Source: Craspedostauros australis (lineage: Eukaryota). Taken from it: 64,000 nt of DNA. Of this stretch, positions 19,448 to 32,351 are shown in pieces. The stretch covers positions 1 through 64,000 of the forward strand of contig JALAGF010003778.1 of NCBI GenBank assembly GCA_030167865.1, in the 5' to 3' direction. Every line of letters starts with the position of its first letter. Within the stretch, counting starts at the first letter, position 1. The notes beneath the pieces were generated by a model. That model was not told the origin of the DNA and did no database searches. It was given only the letters and a program-made list of their open reading frames with translations. The position numbers and the translations under genes were made by a program.

Positions 19448-20197
19448 TCATCGTCGGCTGCTGCTGCTGGACGACTTCGAGAAGCCGCGCAGCTTGCGGC
19501 CGAAGGACCAGACGGCGGACTCGACGCGAGCCTTCATCTTGCCTCCGTCCTTCAGGGACTCTTCGCGCTCCTTTCGGGTGCGCTGGACTCTCTTCTCGGA
19601 GGCCTTGAGCTGGGAGACGGGGACTCCGAACTCGTAGTGCAGGAGCTTGCGTCGCTCCATGTAACTTCGGGCGAGAGCCACTCTGTCGGGACGCTCGGTC
19701 TCGTACTCATCGAGGGAGACGTTTGGGTTCTCGGTGTACTCCCAGTCGAGAGTGACGGGAGGGCCTTGGCTGCAGTCCGGATGGTCGCCGACGGTGAGGT
19801 TGAACTCTCGCACGGACACGGAGGCGAAGGAGACGGATCTGTGCAGAGACGGGCGGCTCAGCTCGTCGCTGGAGTCCTTGCTGCGAGGAGGCGATGGAAG
19901 GGTCAGCGCAGATCGCTCAGAGTCCGTGAAGCAGTAGGTCTCGGTCGAGGCCGTTGATCTGCAGTCGTCGTTGTCATCGTTGGTATCGTTGGTGCAGCTG
20001 TTGCCGTTGATATCGTTGATGTCATTGTTGTCATCGTAGAGACCCTTGGGCTGGTTGCCCTGCACGAAGGAGTTGTTCAGGAACTGCTGCTGCTTCTTCA
20101 CCTGGCTCCTTCGGACCTCCTCCTCGCTGTGATCCAACAAGGATTGCACCGATGTGTTGCTTGCGCTCCGCTTGTGGAACAGGACCTTTGAGTGCAT
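19448..20197 (-). CDS. Hypothetical protein of a diatom-expanded family (SVxF..VxVREY/F...GDHP.C..GPP..LDW.Y motif)
   Basis: RSVSFASVSVREFNLTVGDHPDCSQGPPVTLDWEY...VSLDEYE...ERRKLL is a motif I recognise from many diatom orphan proteins. First ATG at 20197. Confidence 0.75.
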   Translation of the reverse strand: MHSKVLFHKRSASNTSVQSLLDHSEEEVRRSQVKKQQQFLNNSFVQGNQPKGLYDDNNDINDINGNSCTNDTNDDNDDCRSTASTETYCFTDSERSALTLPSPPRSKDSSDELSRPSLHRSVSFASVSVREFNLTVGDHPDCSQGPPVTLDWEYTENPNVSLDEYETERPDRVALARSYMERRKLLHYEFGVPVSQLKASEKRVQRTRKEREESLKDGGKMKARVESAVWSFGRKLRGFSKSSSSSSRR

Positions 20198-21847
20198 CGC
20201 GTGCTGCGTCTTGCTGTTGCTTTCGTTGTTGGGGTTGTGCTGAGGGTAAGGGTAGTAGTATGAGTGTGGATGTTGATACTCTGGTAGTGTCGGTGATGAT
20301 GACGATGTTGCCGTTTGGGGTGAGCGGAGCACTCTTCGAAACTCTGAGGGTGGAGATGGAACGTCGACGAGCTTCGTTTTATGAGCAGATGCGGAAACGA
20401 TGCTTCTCACAACAACAACACGTGTTTGGGGTGCGCAGATGGCAGAAACGCACTACTCCACGCGGGTGGAAGCAGAACGCTGGAAACGGTGTGGATGGGT
20501 GGATGGGTGTTTGGCTCCAAGGTGAGGGAGTGGTGGGTTGGACAGGTGCCGGCCATTCGCGATTTATCACTACTACCACCAACCCCTCGCTCGTTGGAGC
20601 CTTGTCAACGTCGCTTCGTGTGTCCGTTAAAGGCGTGCAGTGCCCCAACAACGCGCGCAATTGCAGCATTTAACGAAGTCGCCAACAGTGTGAGTGTTAA
20701 CTTCCTTCATCAATTTCGGTGCCAGCATGTCGTTCAAAGCAAGACACATAAGTCAACGAAAGGAATGCGACAAGACTCGATGTCGCAGCCACCGCCGAAC
20801 GGATAATATCACAGACGCAGGTCACAAACTTCCTGGCCATCTTCAGAATTTGGGTACCTGGTAAGTCCGCGGCACACACATTTACGCAGCGTATCCACAG
20901 CAACATCTATTCTGCCCATCCCTCGTTTGTTGTTGCGAACCTCCAAGAAGCACTCACTGCAAAAACAAGCAGGCCCACCAAGTGCACAAGCATCAGGAGG
21001 AGGAGGAGGAGGAGCAAACACGAAGTTCGAGCAGAGGGGAGGTTAGCCACTTCGCACACCTCCACCCAACGTACGAGCACACACCAATGGAGTCATACGA
21101 ACTCTCCCTTTTGTGGATCACTTCATGTGTGTTTCACTTCGGCGACAGCTCCGTCACACAATTCCTTCCCATTCCTCACATGGGAAAGCGGACGTGGTGC
21201 TGTTCAGCAGAACGTGGGACAAGTAGTACCTGTCTTCTACCCACGAGTATCTTTCGCTCTGGTGTTTAACCTCCGAAGGCTTGGTCAGCCTCGGTCACAA
21301 TCCACACACGAGAACTTAGAGCCGCTAACTAATATTATCAGTGCGAGAAACAAACTTCCCAAGTTCTGTCTGTTGCCTCTCAATTCCGTGGCTGGCAGTG
21401 CCTTTCGTGTGACCACGTCTGTGACTGTGACGGACAACGGCAGCACTCTCGTTTAGCGTAATCGTGGGAACTTGACCTGAGACGTACCCAAATCCCCTGT
21501 CAGGCCCACAATTTCGTCGTTCGCGCAGATGGGTGCGCCGGACGGCACTTTCGTGGGATCGGTCAAGAGGTGCGCCGTAGACTCAACGTCGAACAAGTGG
21601 CGATGGATGGTCATCCGCCCACTGGTGCGTTTCCCCTCACAAAATTGACGACTAAGAGCAAAAACTCAAACACCACAACAAGCGAAGGGTGACGGAAGTG
21701 CAGCGCGAAACAGTCAAAGATGACGTCGAAATTGTCCACGTTCGAGAACTCGTCGATCTCCGCCCCACTTCCAAAGGCGAACACTGACTGGTTGATGTTG
21801 TCAACGATGTTCTCCGATCTCCGCCCCACCTCCATTCGCTGATGGCT

Positions 21848-21873
21848 TCTCTCCCTCTCTCTCTCTCTCTCTC
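21848..21873. repeat. (CT)n microsatellite
   Basis: Near-perfect CT dinucleotide run. Confidence 0.85.
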
Positions 21874-23513
21874 CTTGTGTTTGGCCAATTCAAGTCGTCC
21901 TCGTCCTTGACACCGTCTCCGATCTTTTTTGGTGATCCGTCTCTGCTCCCTTGAGGCTCCACTGCCTCGAATGTACTCGTAGTTGATGCTTCTCTGATCC
22001 CGTTTCTTCCACCACAAAGTCAAAACCAGCTTGTTGACAAACTTCAATGCGCATCGCCCTCTTCCGGCACACGAGGATGGCAATTACTTAGCCATGAAAG
22101 CCGATTGTCCAAACGCCGGACGGTGTTGCGTCTGGGTCTTCTCAATCGCCGCTCTGCCAAGCACCATGACAAGACATTTGCTCGATCTTGCCTGATCGTG
22201 GTTTCGTGGATCGGATAGTCTCATTGATACGAGAGTAATAGCGCAATCGCTTTCGTCCTTGTTCCCTCGTTTGGCAACGAGGCAGCTTGGGCCGTCTCCC
22301 AGATCGTCACAAAAGTTGCAACTATCCTCCGCTCGATCTGGATACGATCATGAGACTGTCACATTCTGCTCCTTGGTGGCTGTGGGAGACGGTGATACCC
22401 TCTTTCGTTGGTGTGGGTGACACGGTGAAAGTGTCCATACTGCATGCGGCATGCAGAGATCAACACGGCGAATAGTCTTTCCCAAAACATCCAAGAGCGG
22501 TGGCGGTGGTTCCCCTGATACCACAAATGCACAAATACTCCGATGACTCTGAAGATGATGGAGGCAGAAGGATCAGTGTTGTTGGCGCATCGGCATTCGG
22601 CTGTTGGAATGTTTGCACCAGTACGACTACAAGCTACGAGTAGTATCGTGGAGCATGTCAGCATAGACGTTGCTCCGTGCAATCCCTTGATGCAAAGGGG
22701 GTGCTCTACGAGCTACATTATCCTCCACACTCGAATAGAGCTGCGAACAACGCTTCACAACTTCAGGTCAACATTGGAGGACGTCACATTTTGACACCTA
22801 TCCATCAATGCATGTCGTAATGATGGCTTCTATCCAGCTCGACTTGTTTCAACTCGACGAGACGCACGAGTTTGTCCGTTCCTATTATATTCTAGTAAGT
22901 TATGGATGTGGTGTATTATACTTGTGAAATCCTTGCAAGGGATAAATGCATCATCAATGCTCCGTCTTGCGCTGCTCTCCTCCGATTGGCTCTTCTGCCC
23001 ACACATTCCTGGACACGAAAGGGGATGCGATTTGACATGTTCTGAATTGCGGAACAATTCGATCGACATGTATGCGCCATGTCATCACAGCCATTCCGGT
23101 GTGGTTCAACCTAGAGCTTGCCTTTGGTTCGATCAAGTGCGCAGTCAAGCGTTCGTCATGATGGACATCCGTGCCATTGAGTGGTTCACTGTTGTTTGTG
23201 TGTGCACGAGTATGTCCAGACGAGTCACGAGACCACAGCCACGGCACCACGAGAAAATCGAAATCGGACACAACAGGAACAACCGAAACAACAGGGGCAT
23301 CCTGATGCCAACAACAAGCCGGCTGATCACCACCATAACAGCGACCCCAAGTGTAACCAAGAATCATAACAAGCCATACCAACCCTGACATCCTGACACG
23401 TGGGCATTGACATCGTTCTAGTAATGAATGTTGATGTTGAAGTAGCGCGGAGATGGTGAAACACAAATGGAGCCCAAGCTACACAGAACGCATGGAGGCA
23501 TGGGCCTGAACAC

Positions 23514-24126
23514 TCAAGAGAACTGGGCCGCCATCTCCGTGTCATTCTCTCGCTTCCAGGTATCGATCGCCTCCTGGAACTGTGACGTGAGATGATCCGT
23601 CTCGTTGGAGAGATCCTCGATGGCGGACGAGAGGACCTCAACTGGTGCGACGGTCGAGTTGTTCGTCTGTATCTTCATGTTCAAGAAATGAACGAGGGGA
23701 TGCGGGTGGTAGTACCCCGCGAATCGCACGGAGGGATCACGCAGCAGCTGCATGCGAAAGAGATTTCCGACTGTGTGATCTTCCTTGTTCAGCTTGAACG
23801 TCCCCGCGTTTGTGACCTGGTGATCGCATTGCATTGCATTGCATTGTAAAACATTGGATCGTTTGATTGATTATTTGTGGATGTGTTAGTGTAACATAAC
23901 CTTATACACTTCGGATGCTGCGTGTATGATGGACGGCAACATCGGCTGTCACACAATGAATCACAAGGCTGCGAGGCTGCAACAGAGTAATCGTCCTCAG
24001 GCACGCAACGCAACGCATCAGATCGATCGTGTGTGCTCGTACCTTGGTGTCAGCCGTGTACTCGATCTTGACCTCCCCAAGATCCTCATCGAGGAGGAAT
24101 GCTGCTGTTCTCTCTGGCGCGTTCAT
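23514..24126 (-). CDS. RPB11: DNA-directed RNA polymerase II subunit RPB11 (2 exons)
   Basis: Exons 24126-24043 and 23816-23514, with a GT..AG intron at 24042-23817. Product MNAPERTAAFLL...TK|VTNAGTFKLNKEDHTVGNLFRMQLLRDPSVRFAGYYHPHPL carries the RPB11 signature. 128 aa. Confidence 0.95.
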
Positions 24127-24811
24127 GGTTTATTCTATTGCTACTGCTACTGCTACTGCCGTTGCGAATGTTGTTACGATTGGGATTGGCGTCGGATGCA
24201 GAGGTTGGTATCACTGCAAGATCAGTTGAACGTTGTTGTTGTACGGGTTTGGGAAGAGTGGTCTGTATGTGCCAGGCGAGTGGTTGATCTTGTTGCCAAA
24301 GTGAGAGGCTTTGGTTGGTGGTGTTCACGTTGTTTGTGTCTCAGCAACGGCACAAACCGCCATGGTCAACTTCTTTGTCGTTCCATCGTCGTTCTTGGTG
24401 ATGCTGATGCTGTTGTGCTGTGTTTCGACCCAAGGTACTGTCATAGTTTTCTGAACAGAAGTTGTTCGAACAGGTCGAAGAATCATGTTGAATCTATCGA
24501 GTCAACCATCCACGTTGAAGATGACGTGATCGTGTCACTCTTCACGTTGTCGAGATTGGATGATTGAGCGCAACACAACACAACACCACGCCATCCAACA
24601 CCGATGCAACGTGACGCGACGCAACCACACACATGCCACCCAACCAACAACAATCACCAAATTCCAACACGAACATTCTCACACACACGCACACACCGCC
24701 CATCGTTCTTGTTCTGTCGTCTTTCGTGGCCAAGAGAACTCACTCCACACAAACGCAATCGGTTGTGATCACCATTCACAAGAAGAGAAAGAAGACTCCG
24801 ATCCCACCAAG

Positions 24812-27800
24812 ATGGTCCAATTCACATCCGCAGCAGTCGCTGCTGTCGTTCTTGGCATCAGCGTTGCCAACGTTGATGCCTTTGCTGGAATCAAGTCCAC
24901 CGGCCATGCTTCCTCCCTCAAAATGGTGCGTCCCGTCCGATCATGCCTTTCGTGCATGCAATGTCGTGTCGGAATGCGAGGCGATGCGATGCGATGTTCT
25001 TCGCAATGGCTGGCGTTCATCATGGTCACATGGTCATCTTCATCGTTATCTTTGTCGTCACATGTTACCATCAATCTTTAATGATTGTGATGATGGCATG
25101 AGACATTGAAGCGATGAATGGTGATGGGTTGATTGATGCCTCTCTTGATGCCTCTCTTGATGCCTTTTCGGGTGACGGCCAATTCCAACTGGAACCACGC
25201 AAAAAGATTCGGCCAACTTGAATCTGCGAAGGCGAAAGACGGAAACATCACATCACTTTGTGCATTCAACAGCATTCAACAACAATTCAGGACAGAATTG
25301 CGAAGAAGCAAGCTTGTGGTTGTGAAGATGTCGCTGGTGCTCAACTTGATGTTGAAGCGGATGCGCTGACGTTCCGCCGTACCAACGTTATTCGTATCCC
25401 CAAAGTCAATGGCATGATGGGCAACAGATGACGACCGACAAGCGACACGCACATCGATCTGGACAATGGACACAGACACGCACATGCATGTGTGCGTTGA
25501 TGCATTGATGTCGAGGTCTCGATGTCGGTGTTGTTGCCACTCTCGCGATGTCATCGTCTTCGTCTCCATCGCGGCTTGGTGCAAATTTGAAATGAACACT
25601 CTCACTATAAAATATCTCCTCCTGCAGAAATGCTCACTTGTCATCTCTTTTCATTCCTCTGCCTTCGCTGCTATATTCCGTCTCTCCACAATCTGCCAAA
25701 TCACCAACAGTCCACCCAGGAGGCACCATCCGCATCCGATGTTTTGTGGACGCCATCTTGGAAGAGCGGAGACCGCGACGAGAAATTCGGCCCGGTCCTT
25801 GACTACTGCGCCGACCTGCACGAAGTCACACGACGCAAGACCAGAACCGTCACATGCGGACCCATCAACTTCGGATCGGACCACCCCATCGTGAGGCAGA
25901 CCATGGCGACCACCAGCACGGCCGACGTCGATGCCACCATCGAGCAGGTCATGCGCTGCGCCGACAAGGGATTCGACCTCGTCCGCATCACCGTGCAGGG
26001 ACGTCGCGAGGCCGATGCCAGCATGAAGATCCGCGAGGGGCTCTTCAAGAAGGGATACGACATCCCCCTCTGCGCCGACATGCACTTCCAGCCAAAGGTC
26101 GCCATGATGGTCGCCGAGGCCGTCGAGAAGATCCGCATCAACCCAGGTAACTTCGCGGACGGAACCAAGGACTTTGACGAGAAGATTTACGAAACCGAGG
26201 AGGATTACGCCAAGGAACGCCAGTACCTCCTCGACGCCATGTACCCGCTCGTCGAGAAGTGCAAGGACCTCGAGCGTTGCATGCGCATCGGTACCAACCA
26301 CGGATCCCTCTCCTCGCGCGTCCTGTCGTTTTACGGAGACACCCCACGCGGCATGGTCGAATCGGCCCTCGAATTCGCCGACATCTGCCGCTCGCAGGAT
26401 TACCACAACTTCGTCTTCTCCATGAAGGCCAGCAACCCTCTCGTCATGGTGCAGTCCTACCGTCTCCTCGCGGCCGAGCAGTACCGCTTGGGATGGGACT
26501 ACCCATTGCATTTGGGAGTCACGGAGGCCGGAGAAGGTGAGGACGGACGGATGAAGTCCGCCATCGGTATCGGAACCCTCCTGGCCGATGGTCTCGGTGA
26601 CACCATCCGTGTTTCCCTCACCGAGGATCCAGAGTTCGAGTACGAGCCATGCAACCGTCTCGCGGAGATTGCCGACTCTCGCGTGGCCAGCAAGAACCCG
26701 GAGGCCAAGGCAGAACAGGCCGCCGTCAAGAAGTACACCGACACGCGTGACATCACCGCATTCGCCCGCCGCCAGGGTCAGCTGCCAGAGGCCAAGGAGG
26801 ACGAGCCAGTCGATGCCAGCGGATTTTTGAACCGCGACGGTAGCGTCGTCTCAGTCGTCAAGCCAGAAATGTTTGACATCGAGAGCGCCCAGTACCTCTA
26901 CCAGGACCTCGGATGCAAGACCGCCGTCGGTATGCCATTCAAGGACATTGCCACGTCGGACTCCATCTACATGCGCACCATCCCACCGTCCTCCAACACC
27001 AAGGCGCGCACAGCCATGCGCCGATTGATCGAGGTCAACATGGGTATCATCGTCCCAGCTGAAGAATTGGAGAAGGATCCATTGCCAAACGCCGTCGCTC
27101 TCATGACCTTGGAGGACGCCGTTGCCAAGGAAGGAAAGGTAAGTGGATCTTCCATGCATGCATCCACGCATGGCTCTGCGAGGGGTTGTGGTAGAAATTG
27201 ATGCTGCGATCAGGCGGAGCGCTTCTTCCACTCTTGTCTTGGTGTGATGCTGCTGTGTAACTTGATGGTATCTGATGTACTGTTGCGGCCTTTGGGCAAA
27301 TGTAACTATCAAGCCGGTATTGTCGTATGGTATTGCTGCGCAGTCCATTGCTCACAACTGTTGCTTGCGCTTTTCAAACAATTGATGTTGTGGCCACATC
27401 ATCGATCCAACGATACTACGAACGCTACGACAATAACATCAACGACAATAACACATTTACAAATGAACAGCTCCCAGAGGGTGCCATCCGCTTGGCGGTC
27501 GAAATCAACGGAGATGAAGACGACGAGACCATCATGAAGGTGAAGGACCTCAACCCAGCCATGTGCTTCCTGAAGCCAAAGGAAGGCCTCTCTGCTCTGC
27601 ACGCATCCCGACGAGTGTTCGAGATCTTCAAGGCCAACGACATCCAGACTGCCGTGATCCACCACTTCACCACCGACACCGATGACTCCAACGAGCTCGC
27701 CTTGCAGCTCGGAACCAACGTTGGCTCCCTCCTCACGGACGGAAATGGTGACGGTGTCATGATCGAGGAGACCGGCGGAACCAAGTTCTCCGTGAACTTC

Positions 27801-28196
27801 CTGCGATCGACGTCGTTCTCCACCCTGCAGGGATCCCGCATGAGAAGTACCAAGACCGAATTCGTCTCGTGTCCATCATGCGGCCGCACTCTGTTCGACC
27901 TCCAGGAAACCACCGCCGACATCCAGGCCGCCACGGGACACCTGCCAGGCGTGACTGTCGCCGTGATGGGGTGCATCGTGAACGGACCAGGTGAGATGGC
28001 CGACGCTGACTTTGGATACGTCGGAACCATCCCAGGAAAGGTGGACCTGTACTACGGCAAGGAGGTTGTGCGCAAGAGCGTTCCAAACGAGGAAGCCGTT
28101 GATGCCCTCATCGACCTCATCAAGGAATACGACATGTGGAAGGACCCAGAGCCAGAGGAGGAGGAACAGACAGAAGAAGCCGTCGCCTCAGCTTAA
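24812..28196 (+). CDS. ispG: 4-hydroxy-3-methylbut-2-enyl diphosphate synthase (MEP pathway), plastid-targeted, 3 exons
   Basis: Exons 24812-24925, 25711-27138 and 27471-28196, all GT..AG. Presequence VDA-FAG. Motifs [44 protein letters not shown] and the Fe-S ligands CPSCGRT and [10 protein letters not shown]. Long plant/algal-type insertion domain. 755 aa. Confidence 0.97.
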
Positions 28197-28514
28197 GCGC
28201 GAAGCTGTTGCATCGAGCAGTGCTCTCATACGAGCCAGAGTACAATAAATTGACTTCAACAAAGCAACTCGTGTCCGTGAACGACCGCTCCATCACCAAT
28301 ACATATAACAGCTCGTCCAGTACGCGGTCGATTCCAATCGCGTTCTACCCCTGTTTGCTGCAGCACAGTAATTCCTGAGTGGAATACTCTACGAGATGTT
28401 CGATGTACAAACATGATGCTCTCCAAGGATATTGTTATACAGTATTATATTATACTACTCCACCATTCACTGTTGCCGTTGCTGTCGTTGTTTCGCGGGT
28501 ACAGAAGGGAATCG

Positions 28515-29237
28515 TCACGTTTCACGGGACATTTGGTTGACTTGCGGAGAAGTCGTTGTTGCTGCGGACGGCACCGTCGTTTGACCATGCGCCCTTGCTC
28601 GTTCCATCTCCTCCTTGGTCGGCAACAGCTTCTCCATGTAGAGGACCGTCCAGTACTTGCACCCCAGACAGCAGAACACGAAGAGACCCGTGCAACAGGC
28701 ATCGCACTCGTCGCCCCCGCGAGGATCCTTCTTGACGACGTACCCCTTGCGCTTGTACAATCGCACGGCACCATCGTTGGCTCCCATGACCTCCAGCGAG
28801 AGCCTGTTGTATCCTTGATCGATCGAGAATTCATCCGCCCATGCCAGCAACCGCGATCCGATGCCTTTGCCCGTGTGGTCGGGATGCGTGGCAATGAATT
28901 CGACATGAGCTTCGCCTGGGAGCACACTGTGACGCAACGATGAAGGCAGATCGAAGTCTCCTGGATCGCCACGGAGCTGGAGCTGCATCGCTCCCAGCAC
29001 AATGCCAGGAAAGTCCGGTGACTTGACCACGCGGCAATGCTGTATCTTCTGCGGGTACTTCCGCAGATACTTCCTGTAGGATTTGCCACCGTCGGTGCTA
29101 CCGCCTTTCTCGGCGAACGCGAGGGACTTCATGTTCGCCAGAGCCTCGAAGTCGCCCTCGGTCGGCACCACGACCTCCAGATTTGCTGGGTTTGGTTGGC
29201 TTGGGGTGGCAGTGGCAGTTTCAACATTACTCGTCAT
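28515..29237 (-). CDS. GNAT-family N-acetyltransferase
   Basis: Acetyl-CoA motif A IATHPDHTGKGIGSRLL and motif B LEVMGANDGAVRLYKRKGY. Cys-rich insert CDACCTGLFVFCCLGC. Confidence 0.88.
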   Translation of the reverse strand: MTSNVETATATPSQPNPANLEVVVPTEGDFEALANMKSLAFAEKGGSTDGGKSYRKYLRKYPQKIQHCRVVKSPDFPGIVLGAMQLQLRGDPGDFDLPSSLRHSVLPGEAHVEFIATHPDHTGKGIGSRLLAWADEFSIDQGYNRLSLEVMGANDGAVRLYKRKGYVVKKDPRGGDECDACCTGLFVFCCLGCKYWTVLYMEKLLPTKEEMERARAHGQTTVPSAATTTSPQVNQMSRET

Positions 29238-29486
29238 GATCGATGGAAGTTCGTATTCGTTGGGTGCTGTGTATGGTAAGGAAAATAGAATGATATATTA
29301 GAATATATTCTATAATATATTACTTGTTGACAGTGCCTTCTTCGGAGTTGATTCGTTGCAATGAGCAGACGTGTGAGCGCAGTGGATCTTGCGGCTCGTA
29401 GATTGTGAGACGAAGCTGAAGCGAATGTCATATCCGTCCCTTGCTCTCTCTTTCTCTGGAGATATCAGGCATGTCCATGTTCATAA

Positions 29487-29553
29487 TTGCCCATCGTTGC
29501 CCATCGTTGCCCATCGTTGCCCATCGTTGCCCATCGTTGCTCATCGTTGCCCA
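29487..29553. repeat. 10-bp tandem repeat (TTGCCCATCG) x ~6.5
   Basis: Five perfect copies, one with a single mismatch and one partial copy. Confidence 0.95.
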
Positions 29554-30815
29554 CCACAACAAACTATACTCTCTCTTGAGCTGGTCTTGGTCTTGCTCAT
29601 GATCTTTTGATCATGCTCTTGATGGTATTTGTGTCTGCGCATGTGGTGGCTTCGGATTGCGCATGTTCTTGTTGGTTCCTTGTGTTGGCTGTTTCCTCAC
29701 GAAAATCGTTTCTTGGTCGCGGATACCATCATCCAAGAATCAACTTCGAGGGAATCCCTCCGAAGATGACGGATTGCGTGTCACCACACAAAGCAAAGAG
29801 ACGGCCGCAGAGACGCAAAGCTGTAATGACGGCGGAGAAGTTGGCCCAGCCTGACACGGAGGGAGCAATGGCGACCGCAGCAGATCGTGCCAACCGTGGC
29901 AGCTCTGTCAAGTCGAGCCAGCCACGATTCGTTGCTCTCCGCTGTTGGCGAACATTGTGGCTGTCTCCCCCATGCTGATGATGTCTCTTCGTCGACTTCA
30001 TCGGTGGTAGCGATGGGCATCGTCCGGTATGGGTGATCGGATCGAAGACGATTATATGCGCATCATCCAAAAGTCGTCGCGCTCTACCATTTTGTGCCGA
30101 GCGTCATCGCACAAGAGCGGAGAGGTGGATGAGGTCTGTTCGATCCATGGACCAATCAACCACACAAGGGCTCTCTGCTCGTGCCGTTGCTGTTACCATA
30201 GTCGATAGATGAGACTGAAGATGCCACCGGAGCAGCCGTACCCATCGCCCATGGTCGTAGCTCGTGCAGGGACGGAGAAGTGGAGCGGAGAGGTGGAAGA
30301 TTCTCGTGATCACGCTTCTGTGTGGGTTCGTGTTCCAGACTGGCGTCGGCCAGGCCAAGACAACCTCTTGAAAGAAGCGAACCACCAAGAAGTCACCGCC
30401 AATTAACGTTCTTCCATGTCCAGATCGTGTGAGGGCAGATGGCAACTTGGATACGACATCAACAACAGGTCAAAAGAAAGGGAGAAATTGAACTTGGCAA
30501 CGGGGAGTCTTCTCCCGGAACTTCTCCCCAAACATTGCACAGCGCGAGACCGTCATGCAGTTCACCAAGACATGACGCATTGCATTGGGTGCATCACGAA
30601 ACATCACATCACGAAGTTGAACCAGCACAACAGGTCGCACGGCACAGAACAATGCACAACATCACGAAGAGAAGACGAAAGACGAAGAATGGTGGCAAGC
30701 CGTCATAAATTGAAAACAGTTCTCAAAGCAGTCAACTTCGCTCGCTCGCTCACAGAACAACTCAACCACTCCCCACTGACCAGCTAATCCACCAGCTAAT
30801 CAACAACCACTCACA

Positions 30816-31802
30816 ATGGGAAACTGCTCCAACAAACCCGCCGAACAAGTCGATGCCACCGCCAACACCAAGGCCGCGGCCGACACAGCTGCCAAGCCAG
30901 AGCAGGCTGCAGCCGGCGGCAGCGCGCCTCCCAATCCCATGATCTTCGCTCTCATGAGAAACGGCCACGAAGTCCTGCGTGGCGCGATGGCGGACGTTTC
31001 CGAACATCTCGACAACGGCGACGCGGAGGCTGCAGCCGCGACGTACCTCAAGTTCGAGCGATGGATGGGGCTTCACAAGCGCATGGAGGAGGGCAACGGG
31101 TCGCCGGAAACGCCGAGAGGATTCTTCGCCATCCTGGATGAGAACTTTGATGGCGTGGCCAAGGAGAATGGTCTCTACGCCGATCATGAGGCTTTGGACA
31201 AGCTGGAGCATGAAATGTCGGAAGCTTGCAAGCAGGAGGAGAAGGATTTGGGACGCCTCAAGGAGCTGTGGGCCAACTTCAAGGCGGAGAACGAAAGTCA
31301 CCTCAAGAAGGAGGAGGGCGTCATGATGCCACGCGTCATGCAGCTCAAGAAGAACGGCACCAACTTGAAGCAGGTCATGAAGACTGAGATCCTGCCTTTG
31401 GTACGTTCTGCAACAGACATGGCATTGCTCCTGCTGCTCTACCTCGCATGCTGTTCGATGCTATTGTATCATATGCCACGTTTACTCCGTGTCGTGTACC
31501 ACACACTTGTTCCCATGCCATTCTCACCGCTCGTTTACCATCCTGCGATTATCCGTTGACAACACTTGCAAATACAGGTCGGAGATGTGGACAGCGAAGA
31601 CTTTGAGTTCTTTGTCCGCTTTGCTAATGAGACCCTCAACAAACATACAGGAGGCATGCCGCGAGTCCGCGTCTTCGATCACGCGCTCTGGGCTTGTGTG
31701 GAAGAGAGCACGTGGAAGAAGTGCGACGAGTGGATCAAGGAGTCCGTTTCCGATGAGCATTATTCTCAGTTGCAGGCCGCCATCAACGGCGTTGCCGCCT
31801 GA
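30816..31802 (+). CDS. Hemerythrin (HHE cation-binding) domain protein with a predicted N-myristoylation/palmitoylation motif, 2 exons
   Basis: Exons 30816-31400 and 31578-31802 (GT..AG intron). N-terminus MGNCSNK. Hemerythrin-type ligands RNGHEVL, LHKRMEE, ADHEAL and SHLKKEE. 269 aa. Confidence 0.8.
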
Positions 31803-32351
31803 TCAATCCAGCACAATTGAAGCAGGCAGGCAAACTCCAAACTACTGCGAGGACGATCGAGGGACAACAAAGAAACGTTCGCACAGGCTGACAACTCTCT
31901 TGTCCATCTGTCTGTTGCGAGACATCGTCCCACTCCTTTGCAGATACATGTTCCATCACCAAGGCAAGTGATTTTTGTTCCATCCATAGTATGAGTACAG
32001 GCATGGCAGAGTACCTCGAATGGATTCATTGACCAACTCCATGCTCTCTCAGCCTTTGCCAAACACATTCCTTCATCATAAACGTAACTCTCCGTGTATT
32101 AGTATTAGTCCAGACATGCCTTTGTAGCTCGTACACAATACTCAAGTACTCGGAGGCACACATCAAGGCACACGGTTAAAGGAGTCGCCTACTCCACTCT
32201 TGCCCATTTCGCTTGACTATCAAGCTTCGACTCCACTCAATGTTCACATCGCAATTTCAAGGGCCACCCCATCCGCGTCCTCTATCAGTGCACTATGTAC
32301 GCGTATGTATTGTACGATACAATGATGCAATCCTCTTATTCTACTCGTTGT

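Noticed and set aside
25651..26511. Long antisense ORFs opposite ispG (similar ones lie opposite the PGDHs, eIF3L, MAD1 and AP2A)
   Set aside because: These are expected by-products of strong C/G third-position codon bias, and they carry no independent motifs.
29487..29553. Regular repeat array considered as a possible CRISPR
   Set aside because: The 10-bp units are contiguous with no spacers, there are no cas genes, and the context is eukaryotic.
29600..30450. Several 65-123-aa ORFs between the GNAT and hemerythrin genes
   Set aside because: No consistent frame, codon bias or motif, so I treated the region as intergenic or unassignable decay.
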